From Calditrichota bacterium (GTDB lineage Bacteria > Calditrichota > Calditrichia > Calditrichales > J004): DNA of 64,000 nucleotides. How positions within the stretch are numbered: the first letter of the stretch is position 1; each line of letters begins with the position of its first letter. The stretch spans positions 5,208-69,207 of the forward strand of contig JAJRVW010000044.1 of assembly GCA_024277115.1 (NCBI GenBank), given 5' to 3'. Shown piece after piece: positions 29,681 to 38,927 of the stretch. Position numbers and translations under genes: made by a program. Below the pieces are notes generated by a model that was given only the letters and a program-made list of their open reading frames with translations, did not search any database and was not told where the DNA came from.

Positions 29681-30418
29681 CTATAATTTTTTAATCTCTG
29701 CCCATAGGCTGGCAAAAGCTTTTGCGGCGATTGATCCCGGTTCAAACTCATCCACAGGGGCGCGTTCTATGCCCATGCGCTCGATAACGCTGGAGTAAGG
29801 AATTGTTGTTTTAAGAAATCGTTTTTTTCCTTTGGGCAAGGAGGCCATTAAATCCTGATGCAGTTTTTTACGCCGTTCCACCATCGAGAAGAAGGGGTAA
29901 ACATTGGATTTTTTAAGGTTCATCTCTTCAAAAAAGACCATTAGTTTCTCGTAAGTAAGCTGCGAAAGCGTTGTGGGGATGAGTGGCGTGATGATTAAAT
30001 CGGCCGCATGGAAAATATTTTCAGAAACCAGGGTTATATTGGGTGGGCAATCTAAAACAACATAATCGTATTCTTTTTTTAGAGGGGATAAAACCGATTT
30101 TAACTGTTTTTTAGGCTTTTTTAAATGATCAAGGATTAAGTCCAAATTACGATAAGACATATCTGCCGGCAGTAAATCCAGGTTTTTGTAATCGGTCGCC
30201 CGAATATTTTTTTCGACCTTCTTTCCACCATCGATCAGTGTTTCGCTGCTATGTTTTTTACGCGGTTTAATACGAAAATAATAGCCGGCCGAAGCTTGTG
30301 GGTCAATATCCACTAAAAGCGTTTGTTTACCGGCTTGCGCGGCCTGATAGGCAATATTTACCGAAGATGCCGTTTTGCCAACACCGCCCTTCATACTATA
30401 AAATGCAATAATCTTCAT
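29681..30418 (-). CDS. Orphan ParA/MinD-family P-loop ATPase (no ParB nearby)
   Basis: Deviant Walker A YSMKGGVGKTASSVN, followed by LLVDIDPQ and VVLDCPP. Confidence 0.85.
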   Translation of the reverse strand: MKIIAFYSMKGGVGKTASSVNIAYQAAQAGKQTLLVDIDPQASAGYYFRIKPRKKHSSETLIDGGKKVEKNIRATDYKNLDLLPADMSYRNLDLILDHLKKPKKQLKSVLSPLKKEYDYVVLDCPPNITLVSENIFHAADLIITPLIPTTLSQLTYEKLMVFFEEMNLKKSNVYPFFSMVERRKKLHQDLMASLPKGKKRFLKTTIPYSSVIERMGIERAPVDEFEPGSIAAKAFASLWAEIKKL

Positions 30419-30523
30419 TTGGTTTTCCTGTTATTTACATTCGTGTCAATTTAGGCCTGCAAGGTTTTGCAATGTAACCTTACAGCTCCCCGATTCCGTG
30501 TTTGGTACTCTTCTAATAAAATG

Positions 30524-30719
30524 TGAGTTCGATATAAAACTTTTACTTTGAACAAATCATTCTAACGATAAGAAAGGCATATAAAACAACTCACCCCTAC
30601 GCAGTTTCAGCTGATTTTTATGTTTTTCAAGTCCCCTCTCTTTTAAGAGAGGGGACTTAGGGGTGAGTTCCAGAAAAAAATAATACTAAAAATAAATATT
30701 TTCTGTAGATCGAACTCAG
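30524..30719. mobile_element. MITE-like nested-palindrome element, copy A (~196 bp)
   Basis: Terminal inverted repeats TGAGTTCGAT...ATCGAACTCA, an inner inverted repeat ACTCACCCCT...AGGGGTGAGT and a central hairpin AAGTCCCCTCTCTT-TT-AAGAGAGGGGACTT. A second copy lies at 50446-50642. Confidence 0.6.
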
Positions 30720-32230
30720 GTTAATAAAAACATTTCTTTAAAAAGGGCGCGGTTTTCCGTTGTTTCAAAGGATTCAAACAAAAGGTGAAACGCCTCCCTT
30801 AGCTGCTGCTTTTTGAAACTCAGTACAGCAATCAAGCCCGATAATTCCTGCACAAGGGCCATATTTTTTTTCCGGGTTGCGCTGGCCAAAAACCCATTCA
30901 ATGTTTCCACCTGAACTGAGAGGTCATTAAAATCACCCAGATTTTCCTGTAGCTTTTTGAGCTGTTTTAGGAGCAATGATATTTTTCCCGGTTCATATAA
31001 GGAACTGAAAAACTCGATGAGGTAACGTAGCTTTTTGCACGTTATACGCAGTTCATGAAAACCTTCGTCCGGGCTTTCGGACGTAAGAACTCCGCCATCT
31101 TTTGAGACGCGTTTATAGCGTTTGTAAATCAAATTGGATGCGGCTTCCAAAATGGGTACATCGTTTTCCACATATTGGTCAAAATCTTCAAAAATATTTT
31201 CCCAGCGTGCCACCATCTCCCGGTACTCTTCGGACCGTAGCAAAATCCGCATATTTTTTAGGGCCCTGCGGCGCCTTGATTTTAATGTAATAAAAATGCT
31301 GTGCAACTCCTTGGATGAACCGCCACCGGGAATAAGTTTTTTATATTCCCCTTCCCGCAAAAGGTACACATCCAGGTCACGCAACGGGCCACTTACAATA
31401 CCGACCTCTTTCAAATCGTCGCTTAATGCTTTGCCCATTTCCGGTGAAACGATCCCTTTTATTAAACTTAAGGCCGAGCGCATCCTCCGCCCGGAAACCC
31501 GATAATCATGCAGAAACTCTATATCAATATCATCGATTATGCCTTGTTCGTTTTGGCGCATTATCTCAAAACTCTCTTTTAAGATGGTTTTAAAAGCCTG
31601 TGCCATGGACATATCTGCACTAAATAGAAATGAGGGCTTGGATTTATTGACGAGATCAAGGTCAAACGTTGCCAAGACGGCGGTTTCAAAATTTTTATAG
31701 ACGCCTGTAATGGGCCAATTGCCCACCGATTTTTGCAGCTCTTTTTCATAACCACGCAAGGGCATGAGAGAACAAAGGATTTTTTCCGGCTCCTCGGGGA
31801 CAGCACTATTTATACAAGCGACAAATGTCCCCCGTGCAATTGTTTTTTTGTCTCCATTAATAATATTAAAATGTTTGACCCGCATCTCCAACGAAAGACG
31901 CTCCATCAATGCGCGCACATTTAAAATCGGGTTTAAAAGATTTTTTAATTCCCCTTCCTTAAAGTTTGATGCAAATAAGGGCTTATTTAAATGAGGGATC
32001 AGCGTCGAATAATCTTTGGTGTATTTGGACATGCCCCGGATAATCAATGTGCCATCGGCATATTTTACCAGATAACCGTTCTGGTACATGCGGCCATCGA
32101 AGGAATCTAAAATTGAAATTTTTTCCTGGCGTGTACTAGTCCATTTTATAGAATTTGATTTTTTGAACAGTAAACCAAAAGCATCCGTCGAGGGGTTTTC
32201 AGTAAAAGTAATAAATTGGGTTTCAATCAC
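30716..32230 (-). CDS. CHAD domain protein with a divergent CYTH-like N-terminal domain
   Basis: The C-terminal ~290 aa have CHAD-type His/Arg helices (LHDYRVSGRRMRSAL; FHELRITCKKLRYLIEFF). The N-terminus VIETQF aligns with the CYTH EIERKF motif but lacks the first Glu and the Lys. GTG start. Confidence 0.75.
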   Translation of the reverse strand: MIETQFITFTENPSTDAFGLLFKKSNSIKWTSTRQEKISILDSFDGRMYQNGYLVKYADGTLIIRGMSKYTKDYSTLIPHLNKPLFASNFKEGELKNLLNPILNVRALMERLSLEMRVKHFNIINGDKKTIARGTFVACINSAVPEEPEKILCSLMPLRGYEKELQKSVGNWPITGVYKNFETAVLATFDLDLVNKSKPSFLFSADMSMAQAFKTILKESFEIMRQNEQGIIDDIDIEFLHDYRVSGRRMRSALSLIKGIVSPEMGKALSDDLKEVGIVSGPLRDLDVYLLREGEYKKLIPGGGSSKELHSIFITLKSRRRRALKNMRILLRSEEYREMVARWENIFEDFDQYVENDVPILEAASNLIYKRYKRVSKDGGVLTSESPDEGFHELRITCKKLRYLIEFFSSLYEPGKISLLLKQLKKLQENLGDFNDLSVQVETLNGFLASATRKKNMALVQELSGLIAVLSFKKQQLREAFHLLFESFETTENRALFKEMFLLT

Positions 32231-32241
32231 AATCTGCCAGC

Positions 32242-34293
32242 CTAATCTTGATTTTTTAAATATTCATATTGAACAACCTGGGCCTGCCGGCCAAGTTTCC
32301 CATTATTTTTTCTGTACTTATTATCCAGTTTTTCCGTAATAATCCGTGCCTTCTGTCCATCGCTAAACTGAACCTTAAAAAAGTTTTTAAGCTCTTTTTG
32401 GATATGTGCGTCGTACACAGGCGTGGCAACCTCGATCCGGTTATCCAGGTTGCGGATCATCCAATCGGCGGAAGAAAGAAAATACTTCTCATCGCCGTCA
32501 TTGCCAAAAACAAGGATGCGCGAATGCTCAAGATATTTATCCAAAATACTGTACACCTCAATATTTTCGCTAACACCGGGGATGCCGGGAACCAGTGCGC
32601 AAATTCCACGGATGATCATTTTTATTTTCACCCCGGCAGCAGACGCCTTGTATAATTTATCGATCATTTCACGGTCGACCAGGTTATTTAGTTTTATGTA
32701 GATGTAAGCATCTTTGCCCAACCCCGCAATCTTAATTTCGTTTTTGATCAGCTTGCTCAATTTTTTACGCATAAAAAACGGCGAGACAAGAAGATGTTTG
32801 TATGCAAAAGTTTTGTAATTATTTTCAAGAAAATCAAAAACCTTTTTTACCTCTTTGGAGATGGCCACATGGGAGGTAAACAAACCGTGGTCGCTATATA
32901 ATTTGGCGGTGGATTCGTTAAAATTGCCCGTGCTGATGTAAGTATAGAGGGCATCTTTTTCCTGCTCTTTGCGCACAATTTGCAACAGCTTGGCGTGTAC
33001 TTTTAATCCCGGCACGCCACCCAGGATGCGGGCACCTTCCTCGGTTAAACTTTTTGCCCACTGGATATTTGCGGCCTCATCAAAGCGGGCTTGCAGTTCA
33101 ATCACCACTGTTACAGATTTTCCATTACGCATGGCATTGATCAACGCGTTGATCACATTGGAGTTACGCGCCAGGCGGTATAGTGTAATTTTTATTGCTT
33201 TTACTTTAGGGTCGATAGCGGCTTCGCGCAGCAGCTCAATCACATAATGATAGGAATGGTATGGATAATGAAGCAGAATATCCTTTTTCTTCACGCTTTC
33301 GATGATGCTTGTATTGGGTTTAAAATCTGGATGCGTCAGTTGCGGTTGCGGTTTATAACACAGTTTTTTTAAACCCAAAGTCGGGAAACCCATAAAATCA
33401 CGGGCATTATGGTAACGCCCACCGGAAATTATATTTTCTTCATCTTTAATTTTTATTTTGCTTAGAAAAAAGTTTAACATTTCCTTTGGCATTGTGCGGT
33501 CGTACACAAAACGGACAATCTGTCCTTTTTGACGGTCTTTAATACTTTTGGCAATTTTCTCATAAAAACTTTTAGTGATGTCATCGTTGATATCAAACTC
33601 TGCATCACGGGTAAGCTTTATCGTGTAAGCGTTAAAAGTATCGTAATCCAGGATCGAAAAAATATCGGCTAAAGCAAAACGGATCACATCGTCCAGCATA
33701 ATAATATGGTGTTTCGTATCGGTTTGCGGCAAGACTACAAAACGGGAAAGAGTGTCCACCGGAAGCTCGATCAGAGAATAACACACATTGTCCTGGACTT
33801 TGGAATTAGCCAGGCGGATGGCCAAATAAATGGACTGATTCTGTAAATAGGGGAACTTGCGTTTTTCCTCGATCATTATCGGCACCAGGCGCGGGCGTAC
33901 CTGCTCATCAAAATATTTCTGGACAAAGGTTTTCTGATCTTCATTTAATTGTGTTTCATTGATCATAAAAATGTTTTCTTTTTCCAGCACCGAAAGAACG
34001 GTTTTAAAAATCTCATCAAACTGGTCGCGCAGTTACAGAACCTTTTTTTGTATCTGGTTCAGCACTTTTTTAGGCGATTCGCCCATGGCCTTTTTTATAC
34101 CGGCATTCATCATCCGCGTATAGGTGGCAACGCGCACGCGATAAAACTCATCTAAATTGGATGAAAATATCCCAAGAAATTTAAGCCTCTCCAAAAGCGG
34201 TACATTTTCGTCCATGGCTTCTTGCAAAACGCGCTGGTTAAAAGAAAGCCAACTGATTTCCCGGTTAATATATTTTAAATCGTTTTCTGTCAT
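32242..34293 (-). pseudogene. ppk1: Polyphosphate kinase 1 interrupted by one in-frame TAA (34035-34033)
   Basis: The 86-aa ORF ([19 protein letters not shown]...[13 protein letters not shown], a PPK1 N-terminus) and the 582-aa ORF (PPK1 middle and C domains, ...GLKVHAKL...) are in the same frame. They are separated only by ...QKKVL*LRDQFDEIF.... The total of 683 codons matches PPK1 size. Confidence 0.85.
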
Positions 34294-34305
34294 TCCATCC
34301 CTGTT

Positions 34306-34713
34306 CTACAATTTTGTTTTAGTCTTGATAAATTGTTTTATAATTTTACGAAGCGCCTTAGGCTTAACCATTTTTTGCGCTTCATTAGCTTTTACCCAAG
34401 TGCGCTCCCGAAAAGATTTTTCTTCCCAGTCATCCAACATCTGTTCAACTTCCATTGCAAATACTTTTACCCGGCATGTACTGTTCCATTTAAAATAGTC
34501 ATAATTCCCGATAATTTTATTTTGGGTTTTTCCCCGGACACCTGCTTCTTCCTCTGTCTCTTTTTCTGCTGTGAAGCGGGCGCTGTCACCATCCTCAATA
34601 ATCCCTTTGGGGATAATCCATTTTTTTCCATTGCGCGAACGGATAAGTAAAATATATAAACTTTCTTTTTCAAAACGATAAGGAATGGCCGCCGCTTGCT
34701 GAATTATAGTCAT
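34306..34713 (-). CDS. NUDIX hydrolase with a variant Nudix box (DIPP/Ap-n-A hydrolase-like)
   Basis: PKGIIEDGDSARFTAEKETEEEAGVRG is GX5(D)X7(K)E-x2-EE-x-GV. The preferred start is MTIIQQAAAIPY. It ends 12 nt upstream of ppk1. Confidence 0.7.
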   Translation of the reverse strand: MTIIQQAAAIPYRFEKESLYILLIRSRNGKKWIIPKGIIEDGDSARFTAEKETEEEAGVRGKTQNKIIGNYDYFKWNSTCRVKVFAMEVEQMLDDWEEKSFRERTWVKANEAQKMVKPKALRKIIKQFIKTKTKL

Positions 34714-35273
34714 GATCTTAGTAGTAAAATACCTGGATTTATTTACGTCCAATATAGTAAATCAGTACGATTCAAATCTACTTATTACAATATAAACGGC
34801 ACGAATTGAGGTTAATAGCTAAAAAGTTAAAATACAGATGAGGACAAAGGTATGTAAATAGATGGGCTTGGTGTGTTGATTTAATTTTTCATAGATAAAA
34901 ATCAACCTTAGGCAGGGCTACACTTAACTGGGCTGCGTTAGATTTTCATCCCCCATGCAGCAGTCAAGTGAATTCGGTTATCTGTGAAATAAACTTTCAT
35001 TTAAAAGCCCTGCTAAGGTTGAAGATATTACTCGTTTAGTTGTCCCTATATACGGGAACAAGAAACGAGTTCATAACGGGCAATGACTAAATTGTATATT
35101 TTGTTTAGTGAACGGTAAAATAATAATGGTATCTTTTTCAAGTTGACAGGGTTATCGGCATGCCGAACGTTCGACTGAGCTCACGTCGAAGGCTTGTTCC
35201 GGTATTCCGTCTTTAATAGGAGGGTTTTTAAGGTTTAAAAGATTTTCCCTTTTGGGTGATTTTATCACAATAA

Positions 35274-36377
35274 TTATTTGATTGCTTCAACCAGTAAAGG
35301 CCTGTTTTCAACTTTTTCAATTTCAAAAGAGATTGTACCTAAAACCTGCCGCCGCTCGGTCTCTACATCGATGCGCCACAATCCGGCTTGGACATTTTTC
35401 TTTAATGTATACCCACGGTAACCGCCATCGCGGCCACCACGGATTTTATAATTTGTCCGGTCGGTTGTCACCCATTCATCCTCTTTTTCGTTGTACATTT
35501 GCCAGTGGTGGTAAATGCGCGTATTGAGGTTTGTGGGCGCAAAGACGGAGGCAAAGCAGTAAACCGTATCGCCTGGTGCATAACGGAAATCATCATCGGC
35601 ATCTTTTAATGGCTCGTACCAACTGCCTTTTTCAAAGCGGACTTTATAACCGTCGCCTGTACGGCTTACATGATGATAAATCCCCGCTTCTTTTAATGAA
35701 AGCGGAACCGGCGGAATCAGGTTTGTAAAATAGAGCAAATTAAAAACCAGATAAATGGAACCCAGGGTGATCAACAAATCCTTAATTTTTATTTTCATTT
35801 TTTCATGCAGTTGTTTGTAAAGAAGATAAATAAGCCCGGCGATAAACCCGGAACTGACCAAGCCGCTTAAAATAAAAACAAGGGCGCTCATAGTCTCAAA
35901 TAAAACAGGCAAATAAAATATAAAAAACGAGAAAGTGGCCAGGTAATAAAAAACAATCTGAAAGGTAAAATTGCTTAACCTGTTTTTGATAAACTCGTTG
36001 CTTACCAAAAGTAAAATCAGAAAAAGAAGAAAAAGCCAGTTTTTTGTGATGGAGGCGCTCTGGAAATAGTAAACCACGTAGCCGCTAAATAAACCGCCAA
36101 AAAAGAATTGAACGAGGTTGGGGTACCAATCCTTAAATTTTAAAAGTTTTTCATTTTTAATGATGTCCTCTTCGATCAGGTTGATCAGGTAGATAAAAAC
36201 CCCAGCCAGAATGATATAGGAAAACATGATCAGGTTGTCCAGCAATAAATCGATACGCGTAAGGGTAAAGCTATCCCAGGTAAATCCTGCAAAAAAAGCA
36301 ATAATCGGCTGGTATTGTTTTTTATCCTCGTAAAAGGCCTTTAAGGTCGTAGTCGTTTCATCGATAATTTTCTTCAT
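35274..36377 (-). CDS. DUF2914-domain membrane protein
   Basis: The N-terminal ~210 aa are polytopic. The C-terminal soluble domain has YCFASVFAP, IYHHWQ, GGRDGGYRGYT and GLWRIDVET, typical of DUF2914. Confidence 0.6.
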   Translation of the reverse strand: MKKIIDETTTTLKAFYEDKKQYQPIIAFFAGFTWDSFTLTRIDLLLDNLIMFSYIILAGVFIYLINLIEEDIIKNEKLLKFKDWYPNLVQFFFGGLFSGYVVYYFQSASITKNWLFLLFLILLLVSNEFIKNRLSNFTFQIVFYYLATFSFFIFYLPVLFETMSALVFILSGLVSSGFIAGLIYLLYKQLHEKMKIKIKDLLITLGSIYLVFNLLYFTNLIPPVPLSLKEAGIYHHVSRTGDGYKVRFEKGSWYEPLKDADDDFRYAPGDTVYCFASVFAPTNLNTRIYHHWQMYNEKEDEWVTTDRTNYKIRGGRDGGYRGYTLKKNVQAGLWRIDVETERRQVLGTISFEIEKVENRPLLVEAIK

Positions 36378-36421
36378 GGTTTGCTTCCATTTTAATACGA
36401 ATAGTGCAGTCGAATTATTTT

Positions 36422-37117
36422 TTACTTCCCGGCATTCAGCGCAGAAAAAAAAGTCTCCAAATCACTCAGGTCGTTCATCACAAAATCGGCCCCGGCATTT
36501 TTCATCACCTTCTTCTCAACTTTGCCCGTTAAAACTGCCAAGCATTTCAGATTATTTGTTTTGGCGCATTGCACATCTTTGGGGCTATCGCCGATAATCC
36601 AGGTATTTTCTTTGGAAAAGTTTTCGCCAAAATATTTAGCGGCCCGTTCGATGGCAATAGGCGGCAATTTATTTCGATTCCAATGATCACTGCCAAAAGC
36701 GCCAAGGGGAAAATAACCGTTCAACCCGGCGGCATTCAATTTAATTTTTGCGCCGTGCATGGCATTGCCGGTTACCAATCCTAAAAATATGTCTTTATCC
36801 TGCTCGCACGCCTGCAATAATTCATGCACGCCGGGCAATACATCCGGTGGCGATTTAGGTGTGACCTGATTTTCGAGTTCGGCCAGAAACGCATCTAAAA
36901 TGGAACCAATAAGCGGGTCGTCTAATCCGACTTTATAATTATTGGCCGCCAAAACCTGCTGCACAATCAAAGGATCGGTCATGCCGTTAAACGCAACCTG
37001 ATGACCATTTTGGAAACCGGGAAAACGATCGTGAATAATTTTTAAGATTATTTTTTTGGGGATACCACGCCCGGTAACCAGGGTGCCGTCGATATCAAAA
37101 AGAAGTAATTTTTTCAT
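36422..37117 (-). CDS. HAD-superfamily hydrolase (phosphoglycolate phosphatase-like)
   Basis: Motif I LLFDIDGTLV, motif II LVTGN and motif IV IGDSPKDVQCA. Confidence 0.8.
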   Translation of the reverse strand: MKKLLLFDIDGTLVTGRGIPKKIILKIIHDRFPGFQNGHQVAFNGMTDPLIVQQVLAANNYKVGLDDPLIGSILDAFLAELENQVTPKSPPDVLPGVHELLQACEQDKDIFLGLVTGNAMHGAKIKLNAAGLNGYFPLGAFGSDHWNRNKLPPIAIERAAKYFGENFSKENTWIIGDSPKDVQCAKTNNLKCLAVLTGKVEKKVMKNAGADFVMNDLSDLETFFSALNAGK

Positions 37118-37213
37118 GAGAAGACAGGTAAGCTATTAGAATATAATTGTCTTTAAATTTATAATAAGTTTCAAAATAAAGAACTCTGTTTAAGTGTTGT
37201 TGGGTTTGATTGC

Positions 37214-37432
37214 TTAACGTTCGCGTATTTCCCGTATTGAACTCACAATTTCATCAGATGATATCTTTACATCAACACCAGCAACATCTAAAGGCGATTT
37301 AACAGAATTTATTGGACGGACCATAAAAGTAGAACCATCTTTTCTTCTAATCATTATCTCACCTTCTTTTTTGGCATTATCTAAAAGTGAAGATAAATTT
37401 TGCCTTGCTTCACTGTATGTGTATGTAATCAT
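37214..37432 (-). CDS. Type II antitoxin (Phd/YefM-like), encoded downstream of its toxin
   Basis: 72 aa with YTYSEARQNLSSLLDNAKKEGEIMIRRKDGSTFMVRP, a Phd/YefM-like N-terminus. The ATG lies 1 nt after the PIN gene stop. Confidence 0.55.
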   Translation of the reverse strand: MITYTYSEARQNLSSLLDNAKKEGEIMIRRKDGSTFMVRPINSVKSPLDVAGVDVKISSDEIVSSIREIRER

Positions 37433-37433
37433 T

Positions 37434-37826
37434 TTATACCTCTATTATGTTTAAACCCATTTCTGTACCACTAGCCAACATTTGCCTATCTATAGACAGT
37501 AAAGGTACTTTTAAATTTTTTGCGCATAAAAGAAAATAAATATCATAAGCATATAAATTGTATTTCTTTGAAAGCTCCAAAACAGAATCCAAGCGCACAT
37601 CATGGAATTTAATTGGAATCTTTTTATACACGCTTAAAGCCGACTTTGCTTGTTCCAAACTAATTCTCTCACGCCGAAACATAGCAGAAAAAGCATTGCC
37701 AATTTCCCAGTGCAATGATGCCGGGGCTATAAGTTCAGCGCCTTTTGTAATTTCTATTAACCTGTTTTTATGCAGCTCATTCGTAATAACCGCAACTATA
37801 ACGGATGTGTCAACTACAATTCGCAT
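37434..37826 (-). CDS. vapC: PIN-domain toxin (VapC family)
   Basis: Start MRIVVDTSVIVAV. The four acidic PIN positions are visible (VVDTS, HWEIGN, AYDIYF, LSIDRQ). Confidence 0.75.
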   Translation of the reverse strand: MRIVVDTSVIVAVITNELHKNRLIEITKGAELIAPASLHWEIGNAFSAMFRRERISLEQAKSALSVYKKIPIKFHDVRLDSVLELSKKYNLYAYDIYFLLCAKNLKVPLLSIDRQMLASGTEMGLNIIEV

Positions 37827-37940
37827 ACGTCGCAACCTCCATCGTACAATTGTACAAGAAATATACAAAATTAATAAAAATAGTCAAATCGAAACAAAAG
37901 AGAGGGTTTCCCACTTCTTTAAGGAAGCACATCTAAAGTT

Positions 37941-38837
37941 CTAATAACCCATTTGCTTCAACTTACTTTCGCTTCGCCGCCAGGATGGGTTTACTTTTAC
38001 ACGCAAATCAAGATAGATTTTTCGTCCTAAGAACTGTTCGATCACGCTGCGCGCCTTGGCGCCAACATCTTTTAGCTTGGCCCCTTTTGCACCAATGATG
38101 ATCCCTTTTTGTGAATCACGTTCCACAAAAATAATGGCCTCGATATAGTCTTTGCCCTTATCGCGCTCCTTAAACTCTTTGATCATTACTTCTGTGGAAT
38201 AAGGGATTTCTTCATGGTACGACCGAAAAATTTGCTCGCGGATCAACTCACTTACAAAGAAGCGTTCAGGCTGATCGGTGATGGCGTCCTTGTCATAAAA
38301 AGGCGGGCTTAAGGGCAGGTTCTTTTCGATCTCTTCTTTTAGAACATCCAGGCCTTCTTTTTTTGTGGCGGAGATAGGCACGATCGTATCAAAAGGCGCC
38401 CAGTTTTGGTAAAGCTCGATGAGCGGTAATATTTTAGACTTTCCGATCAGGTCAATTTTATTAAGAATTAAAACAGTACGGTGTGCCGACGTTTTAAATG
38501 CTTTCAAATCAACATCGATGGGATGTTTTTTGTGTGTACAATCGACCATCAACAACAATAGGTCCGCATCGCCCAGGGCATTCTCGATATTTTTAACCAT
38601 TTTTTTATGGAGTTCATATTTAGGCTTAACAATACCCGGTGTGTCCATAAAAACACATTGTAGGTTTTCTTCGTTTAAAATGCCCAGCACATTACGCCGC
38701 GTTGTATGCGGACGCGCCGAAATAATCGCCAAACGAATATCAAGCAGGGCATTTAGCAAAGTGGATTTACCGGAATTAGGCAGCCCAAAAATGGCGATAT
38801 AACCGGCTTTATGTTTTATGTTTATTTCCTGATTCAT
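37941..38837 (-). CDS. era: GTPase Era
   Basis: G1 GLPNSGKSTLLN, G3 DTPG, G4 NKID and a C-terminal KH domain (IIGAKGAKLKDVG). Confidence 0.92.
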   Translation of the reverse strand: MNQEINIKHKAGYIAIFGLPNSGKSTLLNALLDIRLAIISARPHTTRRNVLGILNEENLQCVFMDTPGIVKPKYELHKKMVKNIENALGDADLLLLMVDCTHKKHPIDVDLKAFKTSAHRTVLILNKIDLIGKSKILPLIELYQNWAPFDTIVPISATKKEGLDVLKEEIEKNLPLSPPFYDKDAITDQPERFFVSELIREQIFRSYHEEIPYSTEVMIKEFKERDKGKDYIEAIIFVERDSQKGIIIGAKGAKLKDVGAKARSVIEQFLGRKIYLDLRVKVNPSWRRSESKLKQMGY

Positions 38838-38857
38838 TCTTCTCTCATCTATTTTTA

Positions 38858-38881
38858 GTAGAGACGTGATTTATCACGTCT
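38858..38881 (+). repeat. REP-like element (GTAGAG head plus ACGTGAT-TT-ATCACGT hairpin)
   Basis: GTAGAGACGTGATTTATCACGTCT, in the era / hypothetical-gene intergenic region. Confidence 0.6.
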
Positions 38882-38927
38882 TGATATTTTACATTTTCAT
38901 ATCGGCTAGTTCACGAATCTAAAACCG

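Noticed and set aside
34033-34035. Stop-codon reassignment (TAA as sense) as the explanation for the ppk1 interruption.
   Set aside because: Other well-supported genes in the window terminate at TAA at the expected protein ends, for example the M16 peptidase at 8352-8354, vsr at 15915-17 and the first amidohydrolase at 48609-11. TAA therefore functions as a stop in this genome.
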